This document shows, in pieces, positions 1-8,996 of a stretch of DNA of 32,000 nucleotides. The stretch's first letter is position 1, and each line of letters begins with the position of its first letter. This DNA is from Candidatus Nanohalobium constans (GTDB lineage: Archaea > Nanohalarchaeota > Nanosalinia > Nanosalinales > Nanosalinaceae), in the NCBI RefSeq assembly GCF_009617975.1, contig NZ_CP040089.1, positions 210,001 through 242,000 of the forward strand, read 5' to 3'. The position numbers and the translations under genes were made by a program. The notes below the pieces were generated by a model, which saw only the letters and a list, made by a program, of their open reading frames with translations, did no database searches and had not been told where the DNA came from.

Positions 1-1
1 G

Positions 2-358
2 CCTGAGGAGGAGAATGGTATAGCTCTTTATAGGGAAATCGAGTCTTTGGCAGCTATGCGTGAACGCCTTGAAGAAGATCAACTGGTTACGGATGAGGAT
101 GTCGAGCCTGATAAGGCAGATGTGCGGTTTGAGATAGGGAACGATGAGTTAGATGTTTACAGAGATGAGTTAGCGGCTATGTTGGAAGGAGGCAGCAAAA
201 AGTTCGAACAGTACAGGGGAACTGCTTACTCGGTTATGTTGTATGATGGCTGTGGCAGGGAGTATCGTATGGGCAAATGGGATGATGTAGCGGCTCCTGA
301 AAAACTGAAATGGCTTTGGGGAGAACTCAGGAGAACAGCTTTCAAAAACACGATTTAA
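2..358 (+). CDS. hypothetical acidic protein, 5' end runs off the window
   Basis: Frame 2 is open from the window edge (PEEENGIALYREIESLAAM...) into the listed 47..358 ORF. The stop TAA at 356-358 shares the tetranucleotide TTAA with the convergent rnz stop. No recognisable motif. Confidence 0.45.
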   Translation, partial: PEEENGIALYREIESLAAMRERLEEDQLVTDEDVEPDKADVRFEIGNDELDVYRDELAAMLEGGSKKFEQYRGTAYSVMLYDGCGREYRMGKWDDVAAPEKLKWLWGELRRTAFKNTI

Positions 359-1263
359 TCTTCAGGTCTATGAGATTTGATGTCAAACTCTCTGCCGTCT
401 TCTCCCATCTCAGTATCCTTAAATACTTCTCTAGCTTCGCTCAATAGTTCTCCGGTTTTTTCCTGGTATCTCCTTGATATATGTGTCAAAACCAGTTCGC
501 TCACTCCTGCTTCTTCAGCGATTTCTGCCGCCTGTCTAGCAGAAGTATGGCCTTTCCTATCTTTAATCATCTCATGACTGCAGGTGGCTTCATGAATAAG
601 CAGATCAGCACTCTCAGAGTACTCAATAGTATTTCTGCACTTTGCTGTATCTCCTGAGTAAACTATTTTACGCCCTGGAACTTCCTCAACGACTTCTTCT
701 GGCTCAATAGTTTCTCCATTCCATTCGATGCTTTCCCCATTCTTCAATTTACCTATCTTGGGCGATTCCTCCAGTCCAAGCTCCTTCATCTTCTCTTTAT
801 TGGCTTTAACACTTGTATCTTCCTCAAAGGCAAAGCCAAAAGCATTTACCCCGTGTTCAACTTCGAAAGGCTTCACAGTGTAACCTTCTCCAACAATCTC
901 ATCGCCTTCTACCAGGTCTTCCACAAAAATATCGTAACTTCTGTTAAAGTAGCCGGTGTCAAGTATTCTATCTGTAAACTCTTCTGTCCTCGGTGGACCA
1001 TAAATGTAAAGTGGTTCCTCCCGGCCTTCCATCTCCAAGGTCTGTATAAGCCCTAGGAGTCCGGAAAAATGGTCGGCATGCCAGTGGGAGATAAAAACCC
1101 TGCTTATCTTCATCAAACCCAGTTTCTCCTGCATCAAAGTCCTCTGAGTGCCTTCACCACAATCAAAAAGAACTCTCTCACCCTGAAAACTGATTAAGTT
1201 AGCAGGCAAATTCCTATTTCTTGAAGGTACGGCGCTTGAAGTGCCTACAGTCCAAACTTTCAT
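355..1263 (-). CDS. rnz: ribonuclease Z (tRNA 3' endonuclease), metallo-beta-lactamase fold
   Basis: 302-aa ORF with the HxHxDH zinc motif (ISHWHADHFSGL), an N-terminal MKVWTVGTSSAVPS...NLPA and a C-terminal LTHISRRY, all typical of short-form RNase Z. Confidence 0.88.
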   Translation of the reverse strand: MKVWTVGTSSAVPSRNRNLPANLISFQGERVLFDCGEGTQRTLMQEKLGLMKISRVFISHWHADHFSGLLGLIQTLEMEGREEPLYIYGPPRTEEFTDRILDTGYFNRSYDIFVEDLVEGDEIVGEGYTVKPFEVEHGVNAFGFAFEEDTSVKANKEKMKELGLEESPKIGKLKNGESIEWNGETIEPEEVVEEVPGRKIVYSGDTAKCRNTIEYSESADLLIHEATCSHEMIKDRKGHTSARQAAEIAEEAGVSELVLTHISRRYQEKTGELLSEAREVFKDTEMGEDGREFDIKSHRPED

Positions 1264-1312
1264 ATCAAAGAATTAAACCCTCAGAAATATCAAGATTCAC
1301 ATCCTATCACAC

Positions 1313-1759
1313 ATGATGAAAAACCATATAAAATTGCTATTTTCGAGTGACAGTATGGGCATAGAGCCTGCCAAAGAGTCGGTTGCTGTTTCTGAACCAC
1401 AATGGAAAACTGATGTTATCGAAAACGGCGGAGATCCTTCTGCTCACGAACTAGAGCCGCGTGATGATTCTCCTGAACTCGATTATGATATATCTCAGGA
1501 TTCGAGTCTCCTCCAAGATAATACCTACTTAGTTAGGAAGGATTCTGAGGGATTTGATGTGCTTCTAGCAGTTCACGAAGACGATACTTATTTGGATGAA
1601 AATGCCTCACCTAATGATCTGTTAGAATATGACTCTGTAAGTCATCATGAACTAACATCAATGGTTTCTTCAGCTGAAAGAGATAGGATGCCAAGAGAGA
1701 TAGGTAAAATTGTCTCAGAATATGTTGAGGAGCTGGATGAAGGGGTACATGTCATCTAA
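1313..1759 (+). CDS. hypothetical acidic protein
   Basis: 148-aa ORF, D/E-rich like its neighbours, with no recognisable motif. Its 3' end overlaps the convergent methyltransferase gene by 8 nt. An alternative start is at M15. Confidence 0.45.
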   Translation: MMKNHIKLLFSSDSMGIEPAKESVAVSEPQWKTDVIENGGDPSAHELEPRDDSPELDYDISQDSSLLQDNTYLVRKDSEGFDVLLAVHEDDTYLDENASPNDLLEYDSVSHHELTSMVSSAERDRMPREIGKIVSEYVEELDEGVHVI

Positions 1760-2678
1760 GGCTATAGATATACCTAGTCAAATTTTTGTGGACATAGATT
1801 TCAAATTCGGCTTTCATGTCTCCTAGGTTCGGTTTGTCGTACATAAAGACTGTTTTACCATCAAAGTCTTTGATTAGGTCCAGGAATTTTTCTTCTATTT
1901 CACCTTCTACTTTGGAGGCTTTTCCGTAGGGTAGATCGGTTACTATTGCATCTACATTTCCGAACTTTGACAGTGATTTTTCTGCATCTTTTTGGCTGAT
2001 TTCATGACTTATTATGCCGTATTTTTCCAGGTTTTCTTTGGTTCCTTTTACCATTTCTTTTTTGGTGTCGGTGCCGAGTGGTTGTATTCCGCAGAGTCCT
2101 GCTTCGATGAGTATTCCTCCTGTGCCGCAGAATGGGTCTAGCAGTTTTCCTCCTGCCGGTGTTTTGGACAGGTTTACCAGTACTCTTGCTAGTACGGGGT
2201 CTAGGGAGACGGGGGATGAGAAGGGTCGTTTTTCGTTGCTCCTCTTGTTGAATAATCCTCTGTCGATGTCTTGGACCAGTTTTCCGATTATCTTATTCCC
2301 TCCTAGAACATAGACATATATCTCAGTCTCTGGATTTTCTAGGTCTACTTCATTATTTTCTGTGCTTAGTTTTTCTCCCAGTTTTTCCTCTATTCTTTGG
2401 TTGTCTGCTTCTCCTTCCAGTATCTTGCATTTGACAGAAAAACTGTCTTCTGGGGTCCAATCAGGAGTGAAGTTATCTAAATTACTGGTTTCACCTATTT
2501 TCTGGGTTATTTCGTGTGTCAGTGCCAGTCTTTTCAATTGGTTTGGTTCTGAGTCTATTTCAGCCAGTCTGTTTCTTGTCTCTGGTTTCTCATCTATTCT
2601 TTGGCTTTTCAGGAAGCCTTCTAGCTCTGCCTCCGCTAGTTCAAGGTTTTCTCCTGCCAGTCTGTAGGTGTAGGTCAT
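1752..2678 (-). CDS. THUMP-domain tRNA (guanine-N2)-methyltransferase, Trm-G10/Trm11 family
   Basis: SAM-binding motif LLDPFCGTGGILIEAG, catalytic motif TDLPYG, and RPFSSPVSLDPVLARVLVNL as in archaeal Trm-G10. The N-terminal ~150 aa are consistent with a THUMP domain. Confidence 0.8.
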   Translation of the reverse strand: MTYTYRLAGENLELAEAELEGFLKSQRIDEKPETRNRLAEIDSEPNQLKRLALTHEITQKIGETSNLDNFTPDWTPEDSFSVKCKILEGEADNQRIEEKLGEKLSTENNEVDLENPETEIYVYVLGGNKIIGKLVQDIDRGLFNKRSNEKRPFSSPVSLDPVLARVLVNLSKTPAGGKLLDPFCGTGGILIEAGLCGIQPLGTDTKKEMVKGTKENLEKYGIISHEISQKDAEKSLSKFGNVDAIVTDLPYGKASKVEGEIEEKFLDLIKDFDGKTVFMYDKPNLGDMKAEFEIYVHKNLTRYIYSLR

Positions 2679-2715
2679 CTTGTCTTCGGTCCTCTGTTTT
2701 TGACTCTTAGTTCTG

Positions 2716-3768
2716 TCATTTTTTCTCTACTTCTCCGTTGAGACTGTTAAGTGCGAACCATCCTAGGATTAGTCCAGGCCAGTAGGTTGATAGTCTGAAT
2801 AGTATTCCTATGGTTAGACCTGTTGCGAAGTTTATTTGTGGGAAGAATATTGTTACTAGTGTTGCCATTGCTGCTTCGTATGTCCCGCTTCCTCCTGGTG
2901 TTGGACTCCAGTTTGCGAGACCTGAGATAACTACTACGAAGTATACTGGTGTGAAGTCCGGGTTGTAGCCTAGGGCGTGCATCAGTATTACGAAGTTGAA
3001 TACTTGCATCAGCCATCCGGCGTGTGAGATTATTGATGTTTTGAGAAGGTATTTTGGGTCTGATCCTATGGCTTTGAAGCTTTCTTCTATTTTTTCTAGT
3101 TTTTCTTCAAGTGTTTTGACTAGTTCTTTGCCTTTTCCTGTTTTCTGGGATATTTTCCGGGTTATTTTGAGTATACTTCCTTCTATTGTACCTGATTCGA
3201 ACCATAGCAGGTATGCTATTATGCTGCCTACTGCAGTTACGAGCAGGACCATGTATACTGTCTGGATTATGAAGGTGTTTAGGGATCCGAATAGCAGTAG
3301 GTAGCCCGTACCTCCTAGTATAAATGTTATTGGCGGCATTCCGTTCATTATGTCTGCTGAGAAGATGCTGGAAAGTGCTCTTTCGTAGCTGGCATCTGTA
3401 TTTTGTTCGACTAGGTATGCCATCAGGGGTTCGCCGCCTGCCTGTCCGAGAGGTGTTATGGCGTTCATGAAGTTTCCTGCCATGAATATACGGACTGCCT
3501 TCCTGTAGGGCATGTGTATCTCCGATTTTTGGAATACTCGGTACCAGACGTAGCTCCAGGCTGGGAACATGGCTAGGCCGAAACCCAGTGCTGGAATCAG
3601 CAGCAGAGGGTCTGCGGATCTTATGGACTGCAGAAATTTCTCAGGGTCTGAAAAATAGATTAAACCTGCTAGTATGCCTGTAGAAATCAGAAACCAGAGA
3701 TATTTGTTGTCTTTATGCTTCTTTAACTTTTTCAATACTTTTCTAGTAGCCATGTTTCTGCTTTTCAC
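2716..3768 (-). CDS. flippase-like multi-pass membrane protein (UPF0104 / LPG-synthase transmembrane-region family)
   Basis: 350 aa with about 8 hydrophobic segments and a basic N-terminus. The signature AGNFMNAITPLGQAGGEPLMAYL matches the GGE..R/Y motif of the MprF-flippase-like family. The start may be M6 (3753). The gene overlaps the rnp4 3' end. Confidence 0.65.
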   Translation of the reverse strand: MKSRNMATRKVLKKLKKHKDNKYLWFLISTGILAGLIYFSDPEKFLQSIRSADPLLLIPALGFGLAMFPAWSYVWYRVFQKSEIHMPYRKAVRIFMAGNFMNAITPLGQAGGEPLMAYLVEQNTDASYERALSSIFSADIMNGMPPITFILGGTGYLLLFGSLNTFIIQTVYMVLLVTAVGSIIAYLLWFESGTIEGSILKITRKISQKTGKGKELVKTLEEKLEKIEESFKAIGSDPKYLLKTSIISHAGWLMQVFNFVILMHALGYNPDFTPVYFVVVISGLANWSPTPGGSGTYEAAMATLVTIFFPQINFATGLTIGILFRLSTYWPGLILGWFALNSLNGEVEKK

Positions 3769-4051
3769 CGCATTTTAGGCATTTGTACTCTATAAGCTGG
3801 TTTTCGGAGTTAATCCGTACTTCGCAGTTGTCTCCGTGCCTCCAGTAACTGCCGCAGCTGCTGCAGAAATGCTTCTTCAGGTTTCCGGGTATTGAGGTCT
3901 GTGTTCTCTCACCGATCCTCTGAGCAATCTCCATGTATCTGTCGGATAGCTCAGGCTCTGAGTCAAACTTCTCTTCCGCCTGGTTGAACAGGATTCTAAT
4001 CCGTTCCTCTGCAATTCTCTGACTGCCCACAGATGGTAAAGTTGTTGCCAC
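3743..4051 (-). CDS. rnp4: RNase P protein component 4 (Rpp21/Rpr2 family)
   Basis: 102 aa with RIRILFNQAEE...RYMEIAQRIGERT followed by a zinc ribbon (CSSCGSYW...KCLKCG), the typical Rpr2 architecture. Confidence 0.85.
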   Translation of the reverse strand: MATTLPSVGSQRIAEERIRILFNQAEEKFDSEPELSDRYMEIAQRIGERTQTSIPGNLKKHFCSSCGSYWRHGDNCEVRINSENQLIEYKCLKCGEKQKHGY

Positions 4052-4268
4052 TGATTTTTAAATCAGTAAATGGTTTCTAGCTTTGATCAACTCTAATGGT
4101 CTATCTACAATATTAAACGTCTCATGGAATTTTTCCAAGTTTACAGTCAATTTATACCAGGTTATTTGGAAAATAGATGACTAATCAGGCATTTTATTTT
4201 TTGGTATCTGGGAAAGTCTTTGGACGGGTGCGTTTGATTGAAAAGTTATGTTCTCAAGTATTTGAGGT

Positions 4269-5267
4269 GTGAGGGTCAGCCACTACTTTGAATGGGAGGA
4301 AACTATAACCGGCGGTCAAAAGCAGTCGGTGAAGAACCAGAGAAAGATTCTGAAGCAAAATGATGTACAGTATACTACTGAGCCGGATCTCTCCGCGGAT
4401 ATCCTCCATCTCAACAACATGGGTCCCAGATCGACTTATCTGGCAAGGAAAGCTAGGAATAAAGATATCAAAGTGGTTGTCCATGCACATCAGACGGCTG
4501 AAGACTTTAAGAACAGCTTTAAATTCTCTAACGTCATATCCAAACCTTTGAAGCCTTATCTCAAGTATGCTTACTCCTTGGCTGATCATATTATCTGTCC
4601 TTCAGGATACAACCGTGAGGTAATGGATAACTATACTGATGCCTCTAAAACTGTGATCAGCAACGGATTTGATCCGGAGAAACTAGAGGGATTTGAAGAT
4701 CTAAGAGGAGAATACCTTGAAAAATACGATTTGAAGCCTCCTGTGGTCTTCAATGTTGGTCATGTTATCAAGAGGAAGGGCTTAGAAACCTTCATCGAGA
4801 CTGCCAGAGAGATGCCTGAAACGGACTTCGTGTGGTTCGGTTTTCTGAACCCGACTGGAGGAGAAGGCTTCACTGATGAGTTGCTCAAAAGCAGAGATAC
4901 CAAGAAATTGGTGGAGAACTCTCCGGACAACTGCCAGTTCACAGGTTATGTAGATGATGTCAGAGGTGCTTTCGCTGCTGGAGACATATTTTTCTTCCCA
5001 TCCAAAAATGAGAATGAGGGGATGGCTTTGTTGGAGGCAATGAGCTGTAGTAAACCGCTAGTGGTTCGTGATATCTCAGTCTATAAATGGTTAGAGGATG
5101 GTGAAAACTGTTTAAAGGCTGAAAACGACTTTACTTCCCAAATTGAGAAATTAAAGGATGAAGGTTTAAGGAGTAAAATAGGGAGCAATGCTGAGGACAG
5201 GAGCCGTGAGTTTGAGCTTGATTCTGTTGGAGATGATTTGGTTTCTCTTTACAAGGAGCTAGTTTGA
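4269..5267 (+). CDS. glycosyltransferase family 4 (GT-B, glycosyl transferases group 1)
   Basis: GTG start giving MRVSHYFEW..GGQKQSV. C-terminal GT1 motif FFFPSKNENEGMALLEAMSCSKPLVVRD (E-x7-E region). Confidence 0.85.
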   Translation: MRVSHYFEWEETITGGQKQSVKNQRKILKQNDVQYTTEPDLSADILHLNNMGPRSTYLARKARNKDIKVVVHAHQTAEDFKNSFKFSNVISKPLKPYLKYAYSLADHIICPSGYNREVMDNYTDASKTVISNGFDPEKLEGFEDLRGEYLEKYDLKPPVVFNVGHVIKRKGLETFIETAREMPETDFVWFGFLNPTGGEGFTDELLKSRDTKKLVENSPDNCQFTGYVDDVRGAFAAGDIFFFPSKNENEGMALLEAMSCSKPLVVRDISVYKWLEDGENCLKAENDFTSQIEKLKDEGLRSKIGSNAEDRSREFELDSVGDDLVSLYKELV

Positions 5268-5293
5268 AAAAGTAATCGAGTTTAATCTTTGGT

Positions 5294-6331
5294 ATGAGGA
5301 TCGGTTTTTTCTCCGACAGTTATTTTCCGGAGATTGACGGAGTTACATATACTCTGGATAGTTGGAAGGAAAGGTTAGAGGAGAGAGGTCACGAAGTTTA
5401 CATAATATATCCGGAATCTGAGAGCTATGATTCAGGCAGGAGAGAGATTCCTGTGCGTTCAGTAACTAATCCGTTCTATGAGGGCTATAATATTCCTTTA
5501 CCTTTGTTCCAGGATTTGCCAGATCTTGATGTTGTTCACTGTCACAGCCCTGCTCCAGTAGGTTGGTTAGGCAGACTTTACAGCATGAGAAATAATGTTC
5601 CATCGGTTTATACGCATCATACGCCGATAGAAGAATACTTTGTCCAGGCAGTCAAGCTTGAAAGCCTTGCCAACCTCATGAAGAAAGTTTATGTCCCCTT
5701 AGAGGAAAAATTTCTCTCAACATTTGATAAGGTCATAACTAATACAGAGAAAGGCAGAAGAAATGTCTCATCAGTAAAAATAGATGCAGGGATTGATATG
5801 CGGTTTTTCCAAGAATCTAACACCGATACTAGGGAAGAGGAGGTTATTGGGTACAGCGGCAGGATAAGCAATGAGAAAAACCTGGAAGAAGTTGTGGAGA
5901 TGAGTCAAGAAATCGATGCAAAACTCGTTGTGGTAGGTGAAGGACCTGCCAGGGAGGAAATTGAAGCTGAAGCACCTGAAGACACCGTTTTCAAGGACTT
6001 TTTGCCTAGGAAAAAACTTCCACATCATTATTCAAAACTTGATGTATTCATCACTGCCTCAACAGGAGACACACTAGGTTTATCTCCCTTAGAAGCCAAT
6101 GCCTGCGGAACACCGGTAGTAGCTCCGGACGTACACCCATTTGACAAAACCATCGAACCTGGAAACGGTCTTAAATACGAAAAAGGCAATATACAGGACT
6201 TCAGGGAAAAGGTAAGAACTGCATTGAACCAAAAATGGCAGACAAGGAAGGCGGTCCAAAAATACTCGTTAAAGGCTAGCATAGATCAAATAGAAAAAAT
6301 ATACGAAAACTTAGACGGTAAAAAACAATGA
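5294..6331 (+). CDS. glycosyltransferase family 4, glycolipid-synthase-like
   Basis: The N-terminus MRIGFFSDSYFPEIDGVTYTL is typical of diacylglycerol/lipid glycosyltransferase-like GT4 enzymes. C-terminal motif ASTGDTLGLSPLEANACGTPVVAP. The stop overlaps the next start (ATGA). Confidence 0.85.
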   Translation: MRIGFFSDSYFPEIDGVTYTLDSWKERLEERGHEVYIIYPESESYDSGRREIPVRSVTNPFYEGYNIPLPLFQDLPDLDVVHCHSPAPVGWLGRLYSMRNNVPSVYTHHTPIEEYFVQAVKLESLANLMKKVYVPLEEKFLSTFDKVITNTEKGRRNVSSVKIDAGIDMRFFQESNTDTREEEVIGYSGRISNEKNLEEVVEMSQEIDAKLVVVGEGPAREEIEAEAPEDTVFKDFLPRKKLPHHYSKLDVFITASTGDTLGLSPLEANACGTPVVAPDVHPFDKTIEPGNGLKYEKGNIQDFREKVRTALNQKWQTRKAVQKYSLKASIDQIEKIYENLDGKKQ

Positions 6332-7974
6332 CAGACAACTTGGATATCTTCAAAAAAGTAATATTCAAAATACCGAGCGTAAGGAAGCTATCAGCTGCTA
6401 TAATAATTCTCTCGACAGTTTACTCATCTTTAATCTTTGTAAGCCTCAACTTATTCACGCCATTTGGTCTGCCATTATATACAATACCGTTGATCGCATT
6501 ATCTGCGTTCATACTGCCAGGTGTTCTCTCAGGAGAGCTTCTCTACCGGTTTATACCAAACTATCCGAGAAACTGGGGATACTTCCTGATGCTGTCAAAT
6601 ATATCTCTGCTTGCGATTTATGGATTGATTTTGGCGGGAGCAGACACATTCACAAACGCTTGGCACATCTTCTGGCTGAGCTTGACAACAGTATACCTTT
6701 CAAACCTCTTAGTACTTCTGCTTACGCTCGGACAAAAATACATCCTAAGAATAACAGTCTTAGCACTCATACAGCCTTTAACTATTCTAACAGCATTTCA
6801 CCACTTTATTGGAGCTAGGACAACTTTAACTGCCTTAAACTATATTTCGGGTCTCTATATAATGGCTATCGGAGGATTCTTGTTTCTATTGTCTATAGCA
6901 GTAGCTGAATACTTGATGAGATCCAACTTGAAAGATGCTTCTGTTCTCCAACTAACAGCAGGACTCCTACAAAAGAGGCAGGAGGCACTAGACTTAGGAT
7001 ACAGCACAAAACCTGATGTTCAGACTTTGAAACTTTCAAATCAAGCTTCTGAAGCTAGCATCGCCGTCCCATGGATACATCCAGGACCGCTGGAAGGATT
7101 TGGCGGAGGAAGGATAACATCAGACATAATAAAACAGTTGAATCAGGATGAGGAGGGTTTCTTCTTCCATGTGCCGTCTACCCATAAGTCAGATCCGTCA
7201 GATCCTGAGGACTACCGCAAAATACTGGATGCTATGAATAAGCCGGAAGAATCCAGTAAGGCATCAAAACTTGTTCGGAAGGACTATGAACAGGTAAGTT
7301 TTTATGGTAGAAAGGTCGGCGGTAAAAAACTGGTCTTCATGGATGCTGGATGGGATGACTATGAGGTCTCAGTCTTCAGAGAAATAATAGATCCTGAGAA
7401 AGTGCTTATTGTAGATCTTCACTGCCAGGATAGAAAGGAAGAGGAAAGAGAAGAAGTGTGGTACAATACTGAAGAATCAGAACACTTGAGAGAATGTTTG
7501 AAAGACTTTATTTCAGAGCTAGAGAGCCTGGAAGAATACGACTACTCAAACGGATTCACTGTAGAACTAGAAGGAAAACCTGTGTTCGCCTTAGTAGAAC
7601 AAGTCAAAGACCAGAAAACAGTTCTCTTCGGCTTAGAAGGAAATGGCAATTCCGAAGAAGTAAGAAACCTGAGAAAAAAACTTGGGGACGACTACGACCA
7701 TGCCATTGCGTTCTCCACCGATACTCATCAAAGCATTCACCAACTATCCTCCGACAAACAGATAGAAACAAGTAGGATAAACGATGCAGTAAACCAAGCA
7801 GAAAACAAACTATCTAAAGCTTCAATAGGTTTCGCTAACCAAAAAGCAGAGGACATGAAGCTACTGCAGGAAGACTACTCTGGTCTGATCTTCAGTATAA
7901 ACATGTTGATACGGCTAATAGGACTGCTTCTTACACTCATGTACATATGGCTGGTTATATGGGTATTCTTCTAA
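6328..7974 (+). CDS. large multi-pass membrane protein with a central soluble domain (DUF2070-like, function unknown)
   Basis: 548 aa with about 6-7 N-terminal TM helices, a ~300-aa acidic soluble region (WIHPGPLEGFGGG, FFHVPSTHKSDPS) and a C-terminal TM helix. The start ATG overlaps the GT4 stop (ATGA). The family name is from memory. Confidence 0.6.
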   Translation: MTDNLDIFKKVIFKIPSVRKLSAAIIILSTVYSSLIFVSLNLFTPFGLPLYTIPLIALSAFILPGVLSGELLYRFIPNYPRNWGYFLMLSNISLLAIYGLILAGADTFTNAWHIFWLSLTTVYLSNLLVLLLTLGQKYILRITVLALIQPLTILTAFHHFIGARTTLTALNYISGLYIMAIGGFLFLLSIAVAEYLMRSNLKDASVLQLTAGLLQKRQEALDLGYSTKPDVQTLKLSNQASEASIAVPWIHPGPLEGFGGGRITSDIIKQLNQDEEGFFFHVPSTHKSDPSDPEDYRKILDAMNKPEESSKASKLVRKDYEQVSFYGRKVGGKKLVFMDAGWDDYEVSVFREIIDPEKVLIVDLHCQDRKEEEREEVWYNTEESEHLRECLKDFISELESLEEYDYSNGFTVELEGKPVFALVEQVKDQKTVLFGLEGNGNSEEVRNLRKKLGDDYDHAIAFSTDTHQSIHQLSSDKQIETSRINDAVNQAENKLSKASIGFANQKAEDMKLLQEDYSGLIFSINMLIRLIGLLLTLMYIWLVIWVFF

Positions 7975-7989
7975 GAAGGCATAACTTGT

Positions 7990-8952
7990 TTACTTCAACT
8001 TAATACTATACCCGGATTCGACTTCGTTCCTATGCTCCTTAATTCGCGTTTCCAATTTCTCTGAGAAGTCGCTAGCCTTACAGATAGATTGATTTGCAAT
8101 TACAGGAGGATCAACGAAACGAGGCTTAGGATAAACTGTGAAATCAGGATTATCTGCTCCGACAACAATTTCGAATCCGCCCTCCAAGGCATCCAGTTTT
8201 TCTTGGATCAAATCGTTTTCACTATTTTTTAGAACTTCAAGCAGTTCTTCATCGGTTCCAAACAGGTCCTCTTCCTCAATTATCTCTTTTTCAAGAGCTT
8301 CATTTATCACCTGACCGAAGACCTTGTTCAATGCCGATTCGCGTGGATTCGCCCACCAGTTCTCATCAGCCTCAATAAACTTCAAACCATACTCAACAGC
8401 AACATCCTTGTCAGTCAAGACAAACATGCCTTCTTCGGTATCAAGAGCATCAACAAATTCTCCGACATCCCAGCCTCCATAAGCTTTAGAATCACGCAAG
8501 AAATAGTCGATCCTGTCGGCACACAGGTCAGGAGAGTCTCTCTCCAACAGACCAAAGCTATCTTCATCCAAAATATAATCAACATCCAAACCATGCTTTC
8601 TCAATATTTCAGGGATCTCAGAACCCATTACCACTTCCTCTAGAAAATTGTCGTGATAATCGTGGTCTTCATTATCGAAAGCAAAATCAACTAGGTGCGA
8701 AAACGCAGTATGCGGCACATCATGAAGCAGACCAGCAATCTGCTCCTCCAAACTAGCACCGTGCTCCCTAAGCAGAATCATAACGCCAAGAGAATGCTCA
8801 AACCGAGTCATCAACCTCTTATCAATAAAAAACGGCTGCGGACCAGACTGGCTGATACTCTTCAAACGCTGAACAGGATTAGATTCAATCAATTCGATTA
8901 AAACATCTTCCTCAATTGTTTTCTCCCCATAGACTCGGTCATCAATTTTCAT
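7990..8952 (-). CDS. HD-domain metal-dependent phosphohydrolase (COG1078 / SAMHD1-like group)
   Basis: RFEHSLGV ... LLHDVPHTAFSH ... DRIDYFLRD motif series. At 320 aa it is shorter than typical dNTP triphosphohydrolases. Confidence 0.75.
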   Translation of the reverse strand: MKIDDRVYGEKTIEEDVLIELIESNPVQRLKSISQSGPQPFFIDKRLMTRFEHSLGVMILLREHGASLEEQIAGLLHDVPHTAFSHLVDFAFDNEDHDYHDNFLEEVVMGSEIPEILRKHGLDVDYILDEDSFGLLERDSPDLCADRIDYFLRDSKAYGGWDVGEFVDALDTEEGMFVLTDKDVAVEYGLKFIEADENWWANPRESALNKVFGQVINEALEKEIIEEEDLFGTDEELLEVLKNSENDLIQEKLDALEGGFEIVVGADNPDFTVYPKPRFVDPPVIANQSICKASDFSEKLETRIKEHRNEVESGYSIKLK

Positions 8953-8996
8953 ACAAAGAAGATTGTCTGGTCAAAAATTAAATCACATATGAAATA

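Noticed and set aside
4052-4268. Possible small RNA (box C/D-like UGAUCA...CUGA on the minus strand) and palindromes (CTGATTTTTAAATCAG at 4052-4067, GGAATTTTTCC) in the 217-nt rnp4/GT4 divergent spacer
   Set aside because: Box spacing does not fit the 12-nt guide geometry, the C box is degenerate and no D' box is present. The palindromes are short and AT-rich, and are most simply divergent promoter sequence.
4254-4589. 111-aa minus-strand ORF across the start of the first glycosyltransferase
   Set aside because: It lies entirely antisense to a GT4 gene with clear motifs and has no motif or promoter context of its own.
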